A stretch of DNA of 64,000 nucleotides from a virus: positions 1 through 64,000 of IMG/VR virus record IMGVR_UViG_3300035698_017437. One strand, 5' to 3'. The position numbers were made by a program, and so were the translations under genes. Positions 58,275 through 64,000 of this stretch are shown piece by piece. The number at the start of each line of letters is the position of its first letter. Position 1 is the stretch's first letter. Under the pieces are notes generated by a model. It did no database searches. It was not told where the DNA came from and saw only the letters and a list, made by a program, of their open reading frames with translations.

Positions 58275-58678
58275 AAAAGATAAAGAATATTCAAAGGATA
58301 GCTTCAGAGATTGGCAACTTTAGAGATTGTTATACAGATTGTAATGTTCCTGTCGTGAATGGTCAGGTTCAAATGGAAAGTATTCTCGCTTGGCTTATTG
58401 AGAATCCCCATATGGCTAAGATTGCTATTGATATCAAAAAACTAGATAATGAAACTAAAAATAAAATGAAACTAAAAAATAAAATGAAACTAAAAAATAA
58501 AATGCCAACAGAAGGACAGTTCATAGCAATATGGCATTTTAAGGGTGAGGTGTGGAGTAGGGTATATAAATGGAAAGCTGATGATCTTTTTATTTATGAT
58601 GGTTCTGATGAGGTTGATTCTTTTGTGAATGTATCTGAACCTCCTTTTCCCGAGACAGCAAAATTCATCATAAAATAA
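58265..58678 (+). CDS. Hypothetical protein, apparent fusion of two ORFs via a tandem repeat
   Basis: 17/18/18-bp repeat at 58448-58500. Confidence 0.55.
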   Translation: MDLEKIKNIQRIASEIGNFRDCYTDCNVPVVNGQVQMESILAWLIENPHMAKIAIDIKKLDNETKNKMKLKNKMKLKNKMPTEGQFIAIWHFKGEVWSRVYKWKADDLFIYDGSDEVDSFVNVSEPPFPETAKFIIK

Positions 58679-58679
58679 T

Positions 58680-58913
58680 ATGGACACTCAAACAGCAAAA
58701 GATAATATAGGTAAGCTAGTTATGAGTCGTGATGCTGGATATAAAATGATATATTCTGTTGGAACTTCTCATGGACCTTATAAATTGCTTCAAATAACAA
58801 AAGCAGGTTTAGATATTCTTGAAGGTAGGGAAGAATTTAGAGTTCCACCAACATTACTAAGATTGCCATATGAGGATGAATTGGTTGAAAACTGGATATT
58901 ACCGTGGGAATAA
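58680..58913 (+). CDS. Hypothetical protein
   Basis: Operonic spacing. Confidence 0.6.
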   Translation: MDTQTAKDNIGKLVMSRDAGYKMIYSVGTSHGPYKLLQITKAGLDILEGREEFRVPPTLLRLPYEDELVENWILPWE

Positions 58914-58930
58914 TATACGGAGAACAAAGT

Positions 58931-59308
58931 ATGATTTATGACGTTATAAAGAGTGATATGAAAGAATGTATGAAAAATAGGTTGAAAGAAAAAACACCTA
59001 TTCTAAAACTTCTTGTTTCAGATATTCAAAGAGATCCTTATAAGGATTATTCAGATAGTAAATGTATAAAGGTTATTAAGAAAACGATTGGCTACATGAA
59101 AGAGAACGCAGATAATTATGGAATTGCTGTTATATCGGTATATCTGCCTTTCGCTATTACAGAAAATGAGATCAGAACATTCATGAAAACTATTGATTTT
59201 TCTAAGTTGAAGAATCCTAAACAAGCTATTGGTATGGCAATGAAACACTTTCCTGAAGGTTCTGTGGACGGTTCAATTATAAATAAAATTCTAGGAGAAT
59301 TCATATGA
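58931..59308 (+). CDS. GatB/YqeY-like protein
   Basis: IK.DMK..MK.......LK.L..., YLP....E.EI, IG.AMK. Confidence 0.7.
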   Translation: MIYDVIKSDMKECMKNRLKEKTPILKLLVSDIQRDPYKDYSDSKCIKVIKKTIGYMKENADNYGIAVISVYLPFAITENEIRTFMKTIDFSKLKNPKQAIGMAMKHFPEGSVDGSIINKILGEFI

Positions 59309-59683
59309 AGAAATTAAGTGAATTGAAAGTCGGGGATTATGTATACCACGTGGTATGTGGTTGGGTGAAGATAAGAAGTATGGTCGTGAGGAAGCATATC
59401 TGCACTGAAGGGGTTATAGGAAGTTTCCGTATGCCCTTTGGGAAGTTTGATTCAAATGATGTAAACCCCAACGATCTACACGTATAATCCATTTGATAAG
59501 GATGACACACCTCCTTGTAAGTTCAAGAAAGGTGAGGTTATTATGGTGACTGATGATGGTGATGAGCATTGGATTATGGCAAAATTTAAAGAATTTGATG
59601 GTTGCTTTTATATGGATAAACGTAATGCGAAGTGGGACATGGCACGTAAGTTAACCGCTGAAGAACGAGGAGAAACTCCATGA
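59305..59683 (+). pseudogene. Frameshifted tandem paralog of 59680-60060
   Basis: Colinear with the downstream copy; extra C in AAACCCCA (59463-59470) breaks the frame. Confidence 0.8.
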
Positions 59684-60060
59684 AGAAATTAGAAGAATTG
59701 GAAGTGGGAGATTATGTATACCATGCGATACGTGGTTGGAAGAAGATGTTACATATAAACGGAAGATATATCTCTATCGAAGGGACCATGGGAAGTTTCC
59801 ATACATCTTCTGGGAAGTTTGAGCCAAATAATCTAAACCCAACGATCTACCCGTATAACCCTTTCGATGAGAATGACACGCCTCCTCAAGAGTTCAAGAA
59901 AGGTGAGGTTATTATGGTTCAAGATATAGAGGATGATGATAATGATTGGTCCACTGTTAAGTTTGATAATTTCAATGGCGATTATTATATAGACTCCCGT
60001 GAGACTGTTTGGGACAGAGCACGTAAGTTAAACTCCATAGAACGAGGAGAAACAACATGA
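59680..60060 (+). CDS. Hypothetical protein (intact paralog)
   Basis: VGD.VYH...GW, FKKGE.I.V.D....W, W..ARK. Confidence 0.7.
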   Translation: MKKLEELEVGDYVYHAIRGWKKMLHINGRYISIEGTMGSFHTSSGKFEPNNLNPTIYPYNPFDENDTPPQEFKKGEVIMVQDIEDDDNDWSTVKFDNFNGDYYIDSRETVWDRARKLNSIERGETT

Positions 60061-60353
60061 AAAAATATGGAGGTACACTGAAAAACTGGAAGATTCATAA
60101 TTTGGATTTTACAAAAGAGCAAATAGAAACAGTCTATCCTGGTTGTGGTGCTTTACCTAAAGTTATTACTGCTGAAGTTGTAGAAGATGCCAGGGGTGGA
60201 TGGATTCCAGGTGATACTATGAGATCCTCTCTAATTACACATCTTGATAGAAATTACCGTAAACTTGAAACAATGAATACTTTTTATGATTTGGAAGGTC
60301 CCGAGAGTGATGATCCTGATCTAGGTAACATAGTTCTGACTATGTTCTTCTAA
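60057..60353 (+). CDS. Hypothetical phage protein
   Basis: L.NW, D.RG.W..G...RSS.I, ET.NT.Y.L pattern. Confidence 0.65.
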   Translation: MKKYGGTLKNWKIHNLDFTKEQIETVYPGCGALPKVITAEVVEDARGGWIPGDTMRSSLITHLDRNYRKLETMNTFYDLEGPESDDPDLGNIVLTMFF

Positions 60354-60403
60354 TCCTCAATAAATACCTCTATCGTTAACCAATACTTTAGAGGTATTTT
60401 TTC

Positions 60404-60712
60404 ATGGCAGGATTTTTCAGAGAACAAATAGTAAAAAGAGCTACAAGATCCAATGGATGGAGAAAGATTAGAAATAATCATGTAAGTAAATTTGGATATT
60501 GTGCTGTATGTGGTAAAGATAAAAGTCTTCAAGTTCATCATATTGAAGACTTTTCCACGTCTCCAGAGAAAGAATTGGAATCAACTAATTTGATTACATT
60601 ATGTCAAAAACATCATATTTTGTTCGGACACTTAGGAAATTGGAAAAGTATCAATCCTACAGTAGTTCAAGATAGTAGTTATTTTTTAGAGAAGATTAGA
60701 AACAGAAGATAA
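60404..60712 (+). CDS. HNH endonuclease
   Basis: W...R, CAVCG, LQVHHI, NLITLC..HH. Confidence 0.85.
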   Translation: MAGFFREQIVKRATRSNGWRKIRNNHVSKFGYCAVCGKDKSLQVHHIEDFSTSPEKELESTNLITLCQKHHILFGHLGNWKSINPTVVQDSSYFLEKIRNRR

Positions 60713-60743
60713 TTGATTCCAACCTCAGATAATAAAGGTTTCT

Positions 60744-61649
60744 ATGCGTTCAGAAATAATCGTCCTTTCAGGTGCCAATCATCTAAATATAAAATCAACC
60801 TGTGAATTTGAATCAGGACTTTTTGCTTGTGGTGAAAGTTCTTTTCGTCTTTTATGTTCGGTAAGATATAAACCAGTAACAATTATCCAATCATTTCCAA
60901 ACACAAACAATAATCTAATGGAGTTGATCTTGGCTATTGATTCAGCAAAAAGGTCAGGAGCATCAAATATAAATGTTATCTTGATGATATTTCCTTATTC
61001 AAGACAAGATAAGAAACATAAGTCTGGAGTTCCAATCTCCGCAAAGATTGTGTGTGATATGTTGCGAGAAGCCCAAGCAGATCGTGTTATTACTTTTGAT
61101 CTTCATAATGAGGCTATAGAGGGTTTCATGCACCCATCGGTAGTATTTGATCATATAGAATTGACGTCATTCTTAGCATACAATCTCAAAGAGAATATAA
61201 ACGACATTTCAGATTGGACTTTTGTATCTCCTGATGCTGGAGCTATCAAGAGGACGAAAAAATTGATGGATGCTTGTGGAGCATCTAAAATGGCAGTTGT
61301 AGATAAGACGAGAACAACTCCTGGTGTAGTTGATGAAGTGAATCTTATAGGATCAGTAGAATACCAGAATTGTATTGTTGTGGATGATATGGTCTCAAGC
61401 GGAGGAACATTGCTTGCTGTAGAAAAGGAATTGATACATAAAGGCGCTTTATCAGTAACATTATGTTGCTCTCATGGAATATTTACATCAGGTGAGGAAA
61501 TGTTTAGGGAGAGTAATATTTTTGTAACTAATACTCTCCCTCTGAGTGGGCTGGTAGACTTTTTTGATATATCTCCCTTGATAAAAAAATTGGTTATATC
61601 TATAGATAGTGGAACAGATTTAAGGAGTTTTTTCAGATATTCTTCCTAA
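60744..61649 (+). CDS. prs: Ribose-phosphate pyrophosphokinase family protein
   Basis: F..GE, PYSRQDK, DLH, VSPDAG, VVDDMVSSGGTL, SHGIF. Confidence 0.88.
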   Translation: MRSEIIVLSGANHLNIKSTCEFESGLFACGESSFRLLCSVRYKPVTIIQSFPNTNNNLMELILAIDSAKRSGASNINVILMIFPYSRQDKKHKSGVPISAKIVCDMLREAQADRVITFDLHNEAIEGFMHPSVVFDHIELTSFLAYNLKENINDISDWTFVSPDAGAIKRTKKLMDACGASKMAVVDKTRTTPGVVDEVNLIGSVEYQNCIVVDDMVSSGGTLLAVEKELIHKGALSVTLCCSHGIFTSGEEMFRESNIFVTNTLPLSGLVDFFDISPLIKKLVISIDSGTDLRSFFRYSS

Positions 61650-61791
61650 TACCCATCCTAGGGACAAATATTCTTCTATTTTATATTTTGGGATACTTTT
61701 CTGTTTGAAGGTCGATACATTGATTTGGTGTCTTTGTATGAGGCGTTTTTATTTCTTATGTACATATATCTATAGTAATTGAATTTTAGTG

Positions 61792-61871
61792 TTGACTTCT
61801 TATTCTATACATGTTATAATAGTGTATACCGTAAATGAGAAATATCTATTCAATATGAGGTTAGAATAATG
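61792..61871 (+). promoter_or_regulatory. PeSL-like cassette copy 9
   Basis: Same core; 3' end AATATGAGGTTAGAAT shared with copy 1. Confidence 0.88.
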
Positions 61872-63236
61872 TTTGAAGTTCCAAATAAAGAAAGAGGAAT
61901 CATTGAATGTCTTGAATCTAACGGATATGAGACATATTTGGTGGGAGGAGCTGTAAGGGATTATTTCCTAGGACAGACTCCTCATGATTTTGATATTTCC
62001 ACCAATGCTCGTCCTGAGCAGATTATTGAAATTTTCAAAAAAGAATCCTTTATCACAAATATTGATCTTGTTGGAGAATCTTTTGGAGTTGTTCTTATTG
62101 ATGGAATTGAAGTAGCGACATTCAGAGGGGATCATTATTCAGGTACGGGTTCTCAAAAAGATGTTGAAATCACTTATTGTGATACAATTGAGGAAGACCT
62201 TTCCAGAAGAGATTTCACTGTCAACTCAATGGCTATTGATCTGTCTGGTGATTTGATTGATCCTTTCGGAGGCCAAAGAGATTGTGAAGATATGATTCTT
62301 CGTTTTGTTGGTTCTGCTGATAAGAGAATCAAAGAAGATTCAAACCGAATTCTTCGGGCCTTTCGGTTTTCAGCTAAAGGTTTTAAACTTCAGCTTGATC
62401 TAAAGATCGCAATTGTAAGGAATCTTTCTTCTGTAAAGAATATTGCTCCTGAAAGAATTCGTCTTGAACTCTTAAAAACGATGGAATATGAGAAACCTTC
62501 CATCTTCTTTGAAAATGCTTATAAACTTGGAGTTCTTGAGTATATATTTCCTGAATTATGTCTTTCATGGGAACATGATGGAGGAAATCATCATCCTGAA
62601 TCTGTTTGGGAACATGTTATGATTGCTGGAGATTCGGCTTCTCCTAAGTTTCCATTACAACGCCTTGCCGCTTATCTTCATGACATTGCCAAACCTGAAT
62701 GTTTCAAAAGAAATGATGATAGGACCTTTTCCCGTCACGATGTTGTGGGATATAAGATTCTCCAGAAAAATCTTAAATCACTGAAATTCTCTAATGAAGA
62801 AATTGAAAAAGTTTCTGGTTTGTCTAGAATTCATATGAGACATGGGTTTTATGGTGATGATAAAGGAAGTCATAAAGCTTTTCGTAAAACTCTGAGGGCT
62901 CTTTCTGAATTCGGTGTTTCTTGGAGAGAATTTATCCGATTGAGAATTGCTGATACTAAAGGAAACCTTGGAGTTGAAGATCTTACTTTTACTCAATTGA
63001 GAACCATTATCACTCCTTTTGTAAATGGATTATATGCTGATACTCCATTTACTGCTCATGCTCTGGCATTATCTGGTGGAGATATCAAGGATCTTTTTCA
63101 TTTGGAAGGCAAAGAAATTGGAGAGCTTCAGAAACATTTACTCCATTTGGTTGTTGAGGATGGAGTGGAGAATGCTAGGAACGTTTTGATGGAAGTATCT
63201 TTGGATTTCATCAAGGAATCTAAAGTTCGAGAATAA
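61869..63236 (+). CDS. cca: CCA-adding tRNA nucleotidyltransferase with HD domain
   Basis: LVGGAVRD, DFDI, DL.RRDFT.N, ED..RILRA.RF, ERI..EL, H...LHDIAKP. Confidence 0.9.
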   Translation: MFEVPNKERGIIECLESNGYETYLVGGAVRDYFLGQTPHDFDISTNARPEQIIEIFKKESFITNIDLVGESFGVVLIDGIEVATFRGDHYSGTGSQKDVEITYCDTIEEDLSRRDFTVNSMAIDLSGDLIDPFGGQRDCEDMILRFVGSADKRIKEDSNRILRAFRFSAKGFKLQLDLKIAIVRNLSSVKNIAPERIRLELLKTMEYEKPSIFFENAYKLGVLEYIFPELCLSWEHDGGNHHPESVWEHVMIAGDSASPKFPLQRLAAYLHDIAKPECFKRNDDRTFSRHDVVGYKILQKNLKSLKFSNEEIEKVSGLSRIHMRHGFYGDDKGSHKAFRKTLRALSEFGVSWREFIRLRIADTKGNLGVEDLTFTQLRTIITPFVNGLYADTPFTAHALALSGGDIKDLFHLEGKEIGELQKHLLHLVVEDGVENARNVLMEVSLDFIKESKVRE

Positions 63237-63255
63237 ATTTTATTGGAGAAGAAAA

Positions 63256-63438
63256 ATGATTGAACTTATATTGGTTTTTATGTCTGGTAGTCCCTGGCTA
63301 ACTTTCTGTTTGATTTTTATCTTCTTGTGTAGCATTGACGAGTTATACAAGAAAACTATTAGAGGATTAAATATTAGAAAACATGGATGGCCGCCACTCA
63401 ATTGCGATGCTGATGGAGATTTCAGAGGAGAGGAGTAA
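63256..63438 (+). CDS. Small membrane protein
   Basis: Hydrophobic N-half; GWPP..CDADGDF tail. Confidence 0.6.
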   Translation: MIELILVFMSGSPWLTFCLIFIFLCSIDELYKKTIRGLNIRKHGWPPLNCDADGDFRGEE

Positions 63439-63451
63439 CTTTATTGAAATA

Positions 63452-63531
63452 ACTATTGACTTCTCATTTATTATATGTTATAATAGTGTATGAGAAGTCA
63501 ATAGTCAATTTAAAATGAGGAGAATCAAATG
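63452..63531 (+). promoter_or_regulatory. PeSL-like cassette copy 10 with 16-bp perfect inverted repeat
   Basis: ACTATTGACTTCTCAT / ATGAGAAGTCAATAGT around the -10. Confidence 0.85.
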
Positions 63532-64000
63532 AGTAATCTATTGAAATCAATGAAGGAAGATATGGTAATATCCCCTCCTGAGTGGATTCCGTCATCTACT
63601 ATATATCTGACCAAGATGGGTAGTCAAGCGTATGGAGTAGCAAATTCAGGCTCTGATATAGATTTATATGGAATTTGTGTTCCACCAAAAGAGATTATTT
63701 TTCCTAACCTGAAAGGTCTTATTTCTGGATTTGATGAGATTCCCTCCTTTAATCAATTCCAACAACATGGAATAAATGGATATAAAGGAAAGGATTATGA
63801 TGTTGTAATTTTCAATATCATAAAATTTTTCAAGTTGACAATGGCAAACAATCCAAATATGCTTGATTCTATTTTTACTCCTGATAATTGTGTTATTCAC
63901 ATGAATGAAGTTGGTAAACATATCAGGGATAATAGAAAACTCTTTCTACATAAAGGGTCTTTCCATAAAATGATTGGATATTCATATAGTCAGTTACATA
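63529..64000 (+). CDS. Pol-beta-type nucleotidyltransferase (RlaP/YcgL-like), truncated by the window end; not in ORF track
   Basis: Manual translation: MGSQAYG....SDIDLYG, KFF.L...NNPN.LD. Confidence 0.82.
   Translation, partial: MSNLLKSMKEDMVISPPEWIPSSTIYLTKMGSQAYGVANSGSDIDLYGICVPPKEIIFPNLKGLISGFDEIPSFNQFQQHGINGYKGKDYDVVIFNIIKFFKLTMANNPNMLDSIFTPDNCVIHMNEVGKHIRDNRKLFLHKGSFHKMIGYSYSQLH

Noticed and set aside
59305-60060. Diversity-generating retroelement TR/VR pair
   Set aside because: Differences are not adenine-specific and no reverse transcriptase is in the window
1-64000. tRNA, tmRNA or rRNA genes
   Set aside because: No cloverleaf with a T-loop GTTCGA/CCA end seen in intergenic regions by eye; tRNAscan/ARAGORN would be decisive

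Overview
64 kb of an AT-rich (about 30% GC by eye) T4-like myovirus genome, almost all on the + strand. It runs from tail/lysis-type accessory genes through the conserved virion module (gp13-14-15-16-17-18-19-20-21-22-23-3) and the replication/recombination module (uvsY, uvsW, gp55, gp47/46, gp45/44/62, regA, dut, gp43, uvsX, gp41, gp61, DNA ligase) into an accessory region driven by ten related promoter-stem-loop (PeSL-like) cassettes. Two small membrane-protein genes resemble Desulfobacterota genes and hint at a sulfate-reducer host (inference). Highlights: (1) a PurZ-type (GSTGKG ... NFCN) synthetase, suggesting 2-aminoadenine chemistry in a T4-like, PolB-replicated phage; (2) two essential genes fractured by atypically split inteins (terminase, 35-aa IntN with an intervening VSR-like endonuclease; gp41 helicase, 15-aa IntN); (3) a ~1.5-kb ORF-free island between gp15 and gp16 with a candidate sRNA, iteron-like repeats and a ~750-nt highly paired candidate ncRNA; (4) two internally deleted endonuclease cassettes flanking gp19 that keep only a branched RNA structure and the last codons; (5) strong TTAA depletion plus an MTase/PD-(D/E)XK pair; (6) a Tad2-like + RyR pair, a TAGT glycosyltransferase and tRNA-repair enzymes. 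All family calls are from motif recognition; no database search was run.
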